Assembly: GCA_002633005.1 (NCBI GenBank) | Contig: NMRA01000082.1 | Location: forward strand, 954,133 to 1,018,132 | From: Phoronis australis | Lineage: Eukaryota > Animalia > Phoronida | DNA length: 64,000 nt | Reading direction: 5' to 3' | In this document: in pieces, positions 1 through 11,267 of the stretch | How the letters are laid out: the number at the start of each line of letters is the position of its first letter | Numbering within the stretch: position 1 is the stretch's first letter | The notes under the pieces: generated by a model | The model's input: the letters and a program-made list of their open reading frames with translations, nothing else | Database searches by the model: none | What the model was told of the DNA's origin: nothing | Made by a program: the position numbers and the translations under genes

Positions 1-2143
1 TCATTAAGTCGGGTGGCATTCTCCTTTAAATCCATTATCTGTAGCTCACAAACTTGCAGTAGTTGTGATTGTAGTTGTAATAATTTGAAGTTACAAAAAT
101 GGATACTAAAATGAATGAAATAAATCATTGTTATTATCACTGTTGTTGTTGTTATTGTTATTACTGTTTTATATGCTTAAATAGGCGCTTTTATTAAAAT
201 TAAATTCAATGCATTTCACACACTGAAATAGTATCCGACTCTTTCGATCTCTGATGTACAGAAAGTTATGGAGTTCACACGCACGCCAGACTTATATGTA
301 ACCAGGGCTGTGTTGGGTCACGAGATCATCACCTCACTGATGGATGAGTAAACATTCTCAGTACTGGTTACGGTCAGATTAATTTGCATTGCCAAACGAG
401 TGTTTTAGTCTGATCATAAAGAACTCCTCAGGCGGACAAAGGTCAATAAATCTACTTCCAACCCCTCCACAAAAGGGATTTTGTTACGGCAGACTGATCT
501 GTGAGGACACACTCTTCCTGTCAGAAATTGCCATGGTTAGTCGAGTCGATTGGTCGCATGGGCATGAGTTCCGAATCCACACACAGATACTACAACAACT
601 AATTGTGAAACCGAAAAAATGACATGAACATTTCCTATTTGGCTCACACGCAGACTATATTTCATTCTACGTACATAGTTACCAAAAGTGCACTAGACTT
701 TCCCATAATACTGTCGCATTCTAATGCCGCGTCTATATCCCACAAGGCCTTGCTTCAGCAAAGGGTGTTAGATCCAAGGCCACGGTTTAAGTCTTTGTAG
801 CTCGGCCGAAAATGAAGAAAATGGGATGGGTCGGGTTTGACGTTAGTGTAGTTTGTGGACTAAATGAAAGTGATTGCCACGAATGGTTTTCAGTAGCTCA
901 TTGAAGTTGTTTTGAGTAAACTGAGTCTAGAAAATTGGCCTCGGCTCTTGTCTACTTGGATACGGAAGTGCCGCCATTTTGAGTGCACATTCCTTTTCAG
1001 TGCTGAATTCTTGGTTCGAGGCCAGGTGCCGTTCAGAAAAATGGAAATTGTCAAAAATCTGGTTGGTAATGACATATTTTAATCCAAATTTCTGGAATTT
1101 ACAGTGAAAGAGTAGTCGCATTACGTTTAAAATAAGAATTTAATTTTTAAACCTTTATTAGCCATGTAACGAAACACGTTGCATAAACACTAATCAATGT
1201 AAATGAATATAAAGCATACTTTAAACATAAATGAATCCCACTCCGCATTCACTCTCATCCCTTGCGAGCGAATTGCGTAGCACAACTTTATTAGAAATTA
1301 GTTTTAAAAACGAAAGTTGTCCGCTTGCGCGTCAATTGTTAATTTTAACACTTCGTTGATAAAACATCAATCTTAAAGCGGCTATTGGCCGTTATTAAAT
1401 TGTTCCCTCGTCAAATTCGAGGTGTTTTCAAGGCTTCGAAAGAACCAAACGTTTGGTGATTGAGATCCAGTCAGGGCCTGGTGCATCTACACCTAATCTT
1501 TGCTACTGGAAATCGAACTGGGGAATTATTTTTGACATTCTCCGTTCCATTTTTGGGCTAGGTTACATCATGGTTTACTGACGATTTTCTGTTCCTAGTT
1601 TGAACTTGTTGACACTAGAATTAATTGAAAGCTGTAGGTTCGAGTTTGTAGGTTGATAGAAGGGGTCATCCAGTGAGAACTAGAGTAGACAGTCGTCCGT
1701 CTAAACCGTAATATATTCTAGCACAAAATAATTGAAGCATGTCTTAGACGATTTCGTACAAAAATAGAACGGAAAATGACAAAAATAATTTTGAGCTTAA
1801 TTTCTTGTTCAAAAATCAGACGCCATGATAAGGCTCCGACATTGGCTTGTCAATGCGTGTCATTTTATGCGCCGAGCCTGGTCTCAGTGAACGATATACT
1901 GGTGTTCGCAAACTCAAAGTAAGGAACAAGTTGACACCAATTTTATAGCGGCAAGCGGTCCAAATCAAAAGTTCGATTCTTGTACGATTTATAGACCCTT
2001 TGATTAAAGAGGTAAACGTGAAAACTTCAGTTGATAAACCTTCGTTTCAGTTAAGGTGTATTTGATTGATTGACACTGCGTAGGTACAGGCTGTTGAGTG
2101 CAAATTAGGTTTCTAGGTTTACATCAGCAAGTTGATGACATAT

Positions 2144-3209
2144 TGTTAGGGTTACATTTTAACCCAAATTCACTGAATAGCTGAACATATTATGCACTAG
2201 CTGGAATTTACTGGACCCAAAAAGTGATTTGCCAAACGAAATCCTAGACGCTGCCTGCAGATCACCCAATCCGAATTTACCAATGGTTGGCGGCGTTACT
2301 TCCTGTACCATTTTTGAGCTTGGCCCATTCGTTTGATCTTTTTCTGTAACTGCAACACGCCGTAAAGCAACGCTTCAGCTGTTGGCGGACAACCTGGAAA
2401 TCAAAAACTGTACACTAAACTCTAAATACAATTCCCAAGTGCCTGGCACTATCACTGTCGACAGTATCGAGTGCCATGCCACTACCACTACTACTACTGC
2501 TACTGCTACTGCAACTACTGCTGCAGCTATTATACCCGACTGTTAGTAACAGTGGCTCTCTTACCGCAGATATACGTACTAATATACCAGCTGATACTTA
2601 CGACTACTGCTACAACTACAAGAACTACTACTACTACTACTATTACTATTACTACTGCTATTTCAGGCACCACAATCGCAATGGTAGCATATAGTATAAG
2701 TGATTATATTAATTGCGGTAGTAGCAGTAGCAGTACTGGTAGGGTAACAACAATAGCAATCATGGAAGTAGCGTTACTATACTAGTTGTAGGCTAGTATG
2801 TTACGGTAGAGGTAGCGGTTGAACACTAGAGCTAGTTGTAGTTTAAGACTGAATTTATACTAACCATACTTCTAGTAGACACGTGTCAATTAGAAGAAAT
2901 AGTCCATAGGAATAACATCCCGACTACTTCAACTATCGATCTCTACTCGATCGGTGAACCACTTCTACTCACCTGGTACACTATCAGTCTACGGGTTCGA
3001 GTCGGTCTACACCACGTACTACTGAGTAACTGTAACGGTAGTACCCCCCGCTGTTAGCAGTGACTAACCCAAATATCAATATACTCACCTCGGCACATAA
3101 ATATCCACGGGTATGAGTCGGTCTACACCCCGTACTACTGAGTAACTGTAATGGGAGTACCTCCCGACGTTAGCAGCGACCAACCCAAATATTAATATAC
3201 TCACCTGGT
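2144..3209. repeat. Apparently exact duplicate of 6629-7694
   Basis: Constant offset 4485 (ORFs at 2471/6956 and 2476/6961 are identical). Each copy abuts a single N. Confidence 0.9.
2296..2393 (-). other. NDUFS7: Third copy of the NDUFS7 terminal exon (duplicate, assembly overlap)
   Basis: Identical to 6781-6878 at a constant offset of 4485. Confidence 0.85.
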
Positions 3210-3210
3210 N

Positions 3211-3720
3211 ACAAACACCCTGTTATGAACAAAAATTTTCCCATGAGTTCCTGAAGAAAGCCAAAAGTGCAACATATTTAGGACTACAGGGATCAAGTGT
3301 TGGTGACTCTAATGCCATGTCACCATCTTTGAGAGGGCTTGACTAACTTTATCAGAACTTTGATTGATCTGATGATGTCTAAGGAACAAAACCATAGACT
3401 ATTGTTTTAAGTGATATGCTTGAATATTTTATATTCCTAGAAGACTGTCACAAAAACATGTTTTTGTGAATTGCAAAATAAACCATATTTTCTGTCAATA
3501 TGAGTATTGTATTTCATTTTCAGGATGATACTTAACTTTACAATAATATTGTATGCTTCCTATCGAACGTGATCGTTTACACTTGCCTTGCCCATGCCCT
3601 AAAAATGTACGCAACAATCACACCCCTACATCGGCATGGAATGTTCTGTATTTGGCTAAAAAAATCTGTATTTTTGTGTCAAAGAGTCTGTATTTCAATC
3701 AAAAGGGGGTGGCAGCTCTG
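3211..3720. mobile_element. Right part of a hAT-like non-autonomous element present only in the second copy
   Basis: Ends in TGGCAGCTCTG (a CAGAGCTGCCA-type TIR) exactly where homology to position 341 begins. The left end is lost at the N gap. Confidence 0.5.
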
Positions 3721-6020
3721 TGGATGAGTAAACATTCTCTGTACTGGTTACGGTCAGATTAATTTGCATTGCCAAACGAGTGTTTTAGTCTGATCATAAA
3801 GAACTCCTCAGGCGGACAAAGGTCAATAAACCTACTTCCAACCGTCCACAAAAGGGATTTTGTTACGGCAGACTGATCTGTGAGGACACACTCTTCCTGT
3901 CAGAAATTACCATGGTTAGTCGAGTCGATTGGTCGCATGGGCATGAGTTCCGAATCCACACATAGATACTACAACAACTAATTGTGAAACCGAAAAAAGG
4001 ACATGAACATTTCCTATTTGGCTCACACGCAGACTGTATTTCATTCTACGTACATAGTTACCAAAAGTGCACTAGACTTTCCCATAATACTGTCGCATTC
4101 TAATGCCGCGTCTATATCCCACAAGGCCTTGCTTCAGCAAAGGGTGTTAGATCCAAGGCCACGGTTTAAGTCTTTGTAGCTCGGCCGAAAAGAAAATGGG
4201 ATGGGTCGGGTTTGACGTTAGTGTAGTTTGTGGACTAAATGAAAGTGATTGCCACGAATGGTTTTCAGTAGCTCATTGAAGTTGTTTTGAGTAAACCGAG
4301 TCTAGAAAATTGGCCTCGGCTCTTGTCTACTCGGATACGGAAAAGCCGCCATTTTGAGTGCACATTCCTTTTCAGTGCTGAATTCTTGGTTCGAGGCCAG
4401 GTGCCCTTCAGAAAAATGGAAATTGTCAAAAATCTGGTTGGTAAAGACATATTTTAATCCAAATTTCTGGAATTTACAGTGAAAGAGTAGTCGCATTACT
4501 TGACGTGTAAACTAAGAATATTTAAATTTTAAACCTTTATTAACCATGTAACGAAACACGTTGCATAAACACTAATCAATGTAAATGAATATAAAGCATA
4601 CTTTAAACATAAATGAATCCCACTCCGCATTCACTCTCATCCCTTGCGAGCGAATTGCTTAGCACAACTTTATTAGAAATTAGTTTTATAAACGAAAGTT
4701 ATCCGCTTGCGCGTCAATCGTTAATTTTAACACTTCGTTGATAAAACATCAATTTTAAAGCGGCTATTGGCCGTTATTAGATTGTTTCCTCGTCAAATTC
4801 GAGGTGTTTTCAAGGCTTCGAAAGAACCAAACGTTCGGTGATTGAGATCCAGTCAGGGCCTGGTGCATCTACACCTAATCTTTGCTACTGGAAATCGAAC
4901 TGGGGAATTATTTTTGACATTCTCCGTTCCATTTTTGGGCTAGATTACATCATGGTTTACGGACGATTTTCTGTTCATAGTTTGAACTTGTTGACACGAG
5001 AATTAATTAAAAGCTGTAGGTTCGAGTTAGTAGGTTGATAGAAGGGGTCATCCAGTGAGAACTAGGAGTAGACAGTCGTCCGTCTAAACCGTAATATATT
5101 CTAGCACAAAGTAATTGAAGCATGTCTTAGACGATTTCGTACAAAAATAGAACGGAAAATGACAAAAATAATTTTGAGCTCAATTTCTAGTTCAAAAATC
5201 AGACGCCAGGATAAGGCTCCGACACATTGGCTTGTCAATGCGTGTCATTTTATGCGCCGAGCCTGGTCTCAGTGAACGATATACTGTCAGGTGTTCGCAA
5301 ACTCAAAGTAAGGAACAAGTTGACACCAATTTTCTAGCAGCAAGCTGTCCAAATGAAAAGTTCGATTCTTGTAGGATTTATAGACCCTTTGATTAAAGAA
5401 CCTATTAAAGGTAAACGTGAAGACTTCAGTTGATAAACCTTCGTTTCAATTAAGGTTTATTTGATTGATTGACACTTCGTAGGTACAGGCTGTTGAGTGC
5501 AAATTAGGTTTCTAGATTTACTTCAGCAAGTTGATGACATAATGTTAGGGTTACATTTTAACCCAAATTCACTGAATAGCTGAACATATTATGCACTAGC
5601 TGGAATTTATTGGACCCAAAAAGTGATTTGCCAAACGAAATCCTAGACGCTGCCTGCAGATCACCCAATCCGAATTTACCAATGGTTGGCGGCGTTACTT
5701 TCTGTACCATTTTTGAGCTTGACCCATTCGTTTGATTTTTTTCTGTAACTGCAACACGCCGTAAAGCAACGCTTCAGCCGTTGGCGGACAACCTGGAAAT
5801 CAAAAACTGTACACTAAACTCTAAATACAATTCCCAAGTGCCTGGCACTATCACTGTCGACAGTATCGAGTGCCATGCCACTACCACTACTACTACTACT
5901 ACTGGTACTGCAGGTACTATATGCACTATTAGTACTAGTGGCTCTTTTACCGCAAATATACGTAGTAATATACCACCTGATGCTGCCAGTATACTTACGA
6001 CTACTTTTACAACTACAAGA

Positions 6021-6075
<55 letters not shown>

Positions 6076-6627
6076 TTACTACTGATATTTCAGGCACCAC
6101 AATCGCAATGGTAGCCTATAGTAGAGGTGATTATATTAATTGCAGTACTAGTAGTAGCAGTACTGGTAGGGTAACAGCAATAGCAATCGTGGAAGTAGGG
6201 TTACTATACTAGTTGTAGGCTAGTATGTTATGGTAGAGGTAACGGTTGAACACTAGAGCTAGTTGTAGTTTAAGACTGAATTTATACTAATCATACCTCT
6301 AGTAGACTCGTGTCAAGTAGTATTAGAAGAAATAGTCCATAGGAATAATATAAAAGAAATTGTCGAATAATAATAGTAATAGTGGTAGTCACGACAGTAG
6401 TTGTAGTAGGCCTATGTAGTAGCGGTAGAACGACTTTAGCGTGTAGTTCTACCGACTAGTGCTCTGGGCACTACAGCGGCTACTACCACTTACTACCGCC
6501 TAGCTACTTCGATCACCACATTTTAACTGTTACAGCCTTTTAACATCCCGACTACTTCAACTATCTCCACTCCATCGGTGAACCACTTCTACTCACCTGG
6601 TACACTATCAGTCTACGAGTTCGAGTC
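3721..6627. repeat. Diverged copy of 341-~3003 (probable uncollapsed haplotype)
   Basis: Colinear with 341-3003 with scattered SNPs and indels, a longer (TAC)n tract and ~190 extra bp at ~6350-6540. Bounded by N gaps. Confidence 0.85.
5695..5792 (-). other. NDUFS7: Second copy of the NDUFS7 terminal exon (probable alternative allele)
   Basis: Same peptide as 6781-6878 with 4 differences, all synonymous third positions (AGG/AGA, GGC/GGT, AAG/AAA, ACA/ACG). Lies between the N gaps at 3210 and 6628. Confidence 0.85.
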
Positions 6628-6780
6628 NTGTTAGGGTTACATTTTAACCCAAATTCACTGAATAGCTGAACATATTATGCACTAGCTGGAATTTACTGGA
6701 CCCAAAAAGTGATTTGCCAAACGAAATCCTAGACGCTGCCTGCAGATCACCCAATCCGAATTTACCAATGGTTGGCGGCG

Positions 6781-6878
6781 TTACTTCCTGTACCATTTTT
6801 GAGCTTGGCCCATTCGTTTGATCTTTTTCTGTAACTGCAACACGCCGTAAAGCAACGCTTCAGCTGTTGGCGGACAAC
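6781..6878 (-). CDS. NDUFS7: NDUFS7 exon 6 (terminal)
   Basis: (G)[34 protein letters not shown]; ttccag acceptor. Confidence 0.96.
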
Positions 6879-9800
6879 CTGGAAATCAAAAACTGTACAC
6901 TAAACTCTAAATACAATTCCCAAGTGCCTGGCACTATCACTGTCGACAGTATCGAGTGCCATGCCACTACCACTACTACTACTGCTACTGCTACTGCAAC
7001 TACTGCTGCAGCTATTATACCCGACTGTTAGTAACAGTGGCTCTCTTACCGCAGATATACGTACTAATATACCAGCTGATACTTACGACTACTGCTACAA
7101 CTACAAGAACTACTACTACTACTACTATTACTATTACTACTGCTATTTCAGGCACCACAATCGCAATGGTAGCATATAGTATAAGTGATTATATTAATTG
7201 CGGTAGTAGCAGTAGCAGTACTGGTAGGGTAACAACAATAGCAATCATGGAAGTAGCGTTACTATACTAGTTGTAGGCTAGTATGTTACGGTAGAGGTAG
7301 CGGTTGAACACTAGAGCTAGTTGTAGTTTAAGACTGAATTTATACTAACCATACTTCTAGTAGACACGTGTCAATTAGAAGAAATAGTCCATAGGAATAA
7401 CATCCCGACTACTTCAACTATCGATCTCTACTCGATCGGTGAACCACTTCTACTCACCTGGTACACTATCAGTCTACGGGTTCGAGTCGGTCTACACCAC
7501 GTACTACTGAGTAACTGTAACGGTAGTACCCCCCGCTGTTAGCAGTGACTAACCCAAATATCAATATACTCACCTCGGCACATAAATATCCACGGGTATG
7601 AGTCGGTCTACACCCCGTACTACTGAGTAACTGTAATGGGAGTACCTCCCGACGTTAGCAGCGACCAACCCAAATATTAATATACTCACCTGGTACATAA
7701 ATATCCACGGGTATCAGTCGGTCTACACCCCGTACTACTGAGTAACTGTAATGGTAGTACCCCCCGCCGTTGGCACAGCTCCCCATTGAGATGACCCAGC
7801 GAGGCTCTGGCATTTGGTCAAACAGCTGAAAGACATGTATCGTTCTACAACATCAGGACCTAAACGCCACTTTCAACTGCTCGTCATTGAAGAGACCCAA
7901 TTACAGACAGGTCACGTGTCTAAGATGACTCTGTCACCTGTTCTGGTCAAACACTATCTGATCGACGCGTGCCGTTTTACCCAACTCATTGATGATGTTG
8001 GATGACGCTATTCTCCACACACCCACACACGGACAGTATGGACTGTCTTGTGTAGCTGAAGCGTGCAGTTACATAAAAATCAAGCGCCATAGTGCTTCTA
8101 ATTAGCAATATATGGACCATCAAAAACTAGGCCGCTGATCAGCCGAGGAAATGAAAAGGATAAAACGAAAGTACGGCCAAATACTGCACGGTTAGGAAAT
8201 AACGTGATTTATAGGGTGGTAGAATTATGCCGTTCGTTTCTACCCATTATTTCATTAAGTGTCCTATTCCTATTGATCTATACAGCTTCCATATGACTTT
8301 TTTTCATTAAGAACAACCCCCGACGATCTTGTTCAACAACAAGGAAACATCAACCATCTTAAATGCTCTTTGTCTTTATAATTGTATGGATTTGGCGGTC
8401 GTGCACGCGGCACAGCGGTACCTTTCTAACGGCAGGGGCCATTTTGTTGGTTATGGTACCCGCAATGATCATGCAGTCAGACTGGCGAGGGCTGGGCCTA
8501 AACACCACACCATAACGGTCCATGTCGTAGCGCGGCGCGGCCATTTGCATCATCTCATAGGCGCAGCAGGCTGTGCCAAACATCATGGGATAGATGGAGC
8601 TCTGTGCAACAGAAGGGAAAGTCATTAAGATGGCTGGCCGTGACGTCAGTTCTTAGCTATATAACATGCACTCGTGAACTCACGGCTGGGTCGGAGGACG
8701 GTTAAAGCGACGACAACTCTGAGATGAAAATTTCATGTTGTCTTGGATGGCACAATAGTGGTAGCTCACCCTGGCGGATTTACCGTAAAGCACGCCCATT
8801 GCAACCACAATTTCCCAAACAAATGCCCGCCCAAGTCCCGAAAACGTCTGAAGAGAGACTGAATGTTCGGTCCGCAGTGTCCGTGCGGAAGGCGGTTCCC
8901 CTGCCCTGCCCCCGACCCCACCTATTAGCTGTTTTTCCAGAAAAATTCGCGATGCCTTTTGCAGACACGGTGATTACTTTTCATTTTCAATGGTTGAATC
9001 GCCTCTCCGTGCTTCCTTGGTGCTCAAAGTACCAGCGAACTGAATGAGTTAACTTCCGTTTAAAGAAAATTTTATAAAGCCACTTGGTGGAGTAATGAGA
9101 CAAAAATCTCACGAAACGCAAAACTTATGTGGCAACACACAAGTCAGTTATGAATTGCCTGCCATTGTCGTAGTAGTTTCTGTTCCTATGACAATTTCGC
9201 TACCATTCTCCGCAAAGTGAAGCTTACAGCAAATAAATCAAATAAGAAAACCAATTGACCACACCTTCCTTGCCCAGTTGACTAGATCGTCGAGCCTAAT
9301 GATTCCATATTCCGCCCACGTGGTCTGTTCGTCGACGGAAAATGGTGAATACGGCCTCCGTTTGACTGCACGCAGCCTGCTCTGTGTGTTGTCTTCGTTG
9401 CTGATTACATTTTGACTAGAAAGAGAATAGAACGGTTACGCGCACGAAAAAGACTTTTCTGTTTCATAGCATTTAGTGTCCGAAAACTGGAGTATTTCGG
9501 GCTTTAAGTTTTCAAAAGAATTGGTCCTCTGTGACAAGATTAGACATTCTGTGATAAAACTTGCTTGGCTGAAATTTTGCGAATTCAGTGTTATCGAGTA
9601 GATAGTATTGGTCTTTTGCTGGGTTTGAGGTTATTTTACGCTGCATCAAGTGGTGGTACCTTCTTTGAAAAATTGTAAAAAGCTGGAACTCGTCATCATC
9701 ATCACTGAGAAATACTGTGTCTCGCATATGTGACAAACGTTACGTTGATGTGACTCATACATGCAAACTGCAATCAAAAAGCTGTCATTTTGAAATTTTT

Positions 9801-10888
9801 GGGATATGACAAACTGTTATTTGATTAAACAAACCCATTCTTAGATTCTGACACTCGTTTACTCGCACGTTTTCTAATGGTTGCTCCAGCGCCAGGCCAA
9901 TATCAGAACAGATTTAGCTTCGAATAATCAGTAATTTATGAGTATGAATCCAATGTATTGGCAGTGAACCTGCATGAGTACCTTGTGAATTTAACAGCCC
10001 TGAAATTATTTTGAAGAGCAGGCACAACACTGATGTTTTATTGTCTGAATTGATTATGCATTCGATGTCCATGAGATTCGGAGGTTTGAAATTCTTCTTT
10101 GTTAAACATTGGGGCCAAAAGGGGTACTGAGTGGATGTAGAAGTGAGTGTTGGGGGTGACAACTAGGGCCAGGAAGAATATTGAGCATGAAATATTTTGT
10201 TGTCAAAGATAACAAATGACACAATTACGAACACTATTTTATCACTGCGAATGAATGAATGCACAAAACTTTATAGTGCTGATTCAAGTGAAGATTTCTA
10301 TCTGCTAGAGGCACTAAAATTCATTTCTGATGAGTGCCAATGCAGTGTGCTTCAAACTTACTTCTCCTCTGCCCTTAAATTGGATGCTGCTGACTGGGAT
10401 GTTAAGACTGGTGCACTTCTTTGAAGACCTCGCACGGACCTGAAGCTGGCTTCTACCTTGGAGAATACTGAAATAAGGCTGGATGGGCAACTTACTACAG
10501 CAACGAAGAGTAAAACTGAATTCTACACAGCATAAGTACAACCTATGAGTATTATGCCAAAAATAAACTTATCCAGTTTTCACACCCACGCATCCAGTTT
10601 CCTCAAGTTCAACACTTCTAATTTTAACAAGTGTTGTCCTTAATTTCCCCCGCTTTTTGTCTCTACTGTATTTTCAGTACAATCGTTCCAAAACTTTGTT
10701 GGTCGCTGTTCAGTTGGTCGGTTTCCGGCAAAATATTTTCAAATCTAGAAACACGAGCTAAGGGCAACTTTATCATGCGAAACTGCTCCCGTAGTTCAGC
10801 CCTTCATGTGACCTTCAGGCTATGGTAAACAAAACAAAACACGATGTACATGTAAAGCGGACTTACGTGTACTCGACCTGGAAAACAT
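6781..10888 (-). CDS. NDUFS7: NADH:ubiquinone oxidoreductase core subunit S7 (PSST/20 kDa), 6 coding exons, 230 aa
   Basis: complement(join(10867-10888,10362-10467,9265-9415,8422-8601,7690-7825,6781-6878)) = 693 nt, all GT-AG with matching phases. Protein: [29 protein letters not shown]...[53 protein letters not shown]...[54 protein letters not shown]...WYRK*. Contains the tandem CC, SCA and GCPP N2 ligands. Confidence 0.95.
6965..7145. repeat. Degenerate (TAC/ACT)n microsatellite in the last NDUFS7 intron (also 2480-2660, 5880-6082)
   Basis: Runs of ctactactac; source of the poly-T, poly-L, poly-Y and poly-V ORFs. Confidence 0.9.
7451..7775 (-). repeat. ~117-bp tandem repeat made of the 3' half of NDUFS7 exon 5 plus its donor (1 functional and 2 degenerate copies)
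   Basis: Degenerate copies read [28 protein letters not shown] plus a frameshifted donor, and [24 protein letters not shown]. Each is followed by gtgagta. Confidence 0.85.
7690..7825 (-). CDS. NDUFS7: NDUFS7 exon 5
   Basis: [45 protein letters not shown](G); tttcag/gtgagt boundaries. Confidence 0.97.
8422..8601 (-). CDS. NDUFS7: NDUFS7 exon 4 (tandem-Cys motif)
   Basis: [60 protein letters not shown]; cag/gt boundaries. Confidence 0.97.
9265..9415 (-). CDS. NDUFS7: NDUFS7 exon 3
   Basis: ...[31 protein letters not shown]; ttctag acceptor, gtgtgg donor. Confidence 0.93.
10362..10467 (-). CDS. NDUFS7: NDUFS7 exon 2 (mitochondrial targeting peptide)
   Basis: tttcag acceptor and gtaagt donor; [34 protein letters not shown]; phase 1 to 2 joins exon 3 in frame. 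Confidence 0.75.
10867..10888 (-). CDS. NDUFS7: NDUFS7 coding exon 1 (MFSRSST)
   Basis: ATG followed after 22 nt by a gtaagt donor. Phase 1 fits exon 2 and gives an Arg/Ser-rich mitochondrial presequence. Confidence 0.7.
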
Positions 10889-11257
10889 CAGTTTAAGAAT
10901 TATCAAATAGTTAATCTCACTGTCAAATCTCCCGATTCCGTCGGAGCTTTCACACAACCAAAAATTAAACCCCTTGTTTTTTCCGCCGTCGCCTTCAGAC
11001 GAGATTCTCGGCAGTTGAGACTTGACGCAGAACAACAGTAAGAGAAACCGTCGGCGTAATAAGGTACGGGTACACGGTTTTGCTGCTGTTTAGATGATCA
11101 CGCGCAGCTCTAAGGCCTTCCCATACCAAAATTCAGTTGTCTTTCGATGTAATTGCAGAGTTACTTGGTAACTGTGACACACTTCCTGAAGCCCACTTTA
11201 TAGGTTTGTTATCGATGATCTACAAAATGCGTTTGACCTAACGAAAATAACGCTGCA

Positions 11258-11267
11258 GTCACGTGAC
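11258..11267. promoter_or_regulatory. Palindromic E-box GTCACGTGAC in the divergent intergenic region upstream of NDUFS7
   Basis: Perfect 10-bp palindrome ~370 bp upstream of the NDUFS7 ATG, with an ETS-like ACTTCCTG and a GC box nearby. Motif match only. Confidence 0.3.

Noticed and set aside
890-1121. Overlapping short ORFs repeated at 4265-4496
   Set aside because: Their recurrence reflects the haplotype duplicate; differences are often non-synonymous and there is no recognisable homology.
5774-6212. Poly-Thr, poly-Leu, poly-Val and poly-Tyr ORFs (also 2471-2785, 6956-7270) suggesting a mucin or membrane protein
   Set aside because: They are translations of a (TAC)n microsatellite within NDUFS7 intron 5, and the frames are not conserved between copies.
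9512-9736. Minus-strand [18 protein letters not shown]... as an alternative NDUFS7 first exon (phase-compatible donor near 9660)
   Set aside because: It is acidic and unlike a mitochondrial presequence; exons 10867-10888 and 10362-10467 give a better presequence with stronger splice sites.
6781-10888. NDUFS7 as a pseudogene or a bacterial nuoB transfer, given its unusual residues
   Set aside because: It has an intact frame, spliceosomal introns, a presequence, all Fe-S ligands and only synonymous differences between terminal-exon copies.
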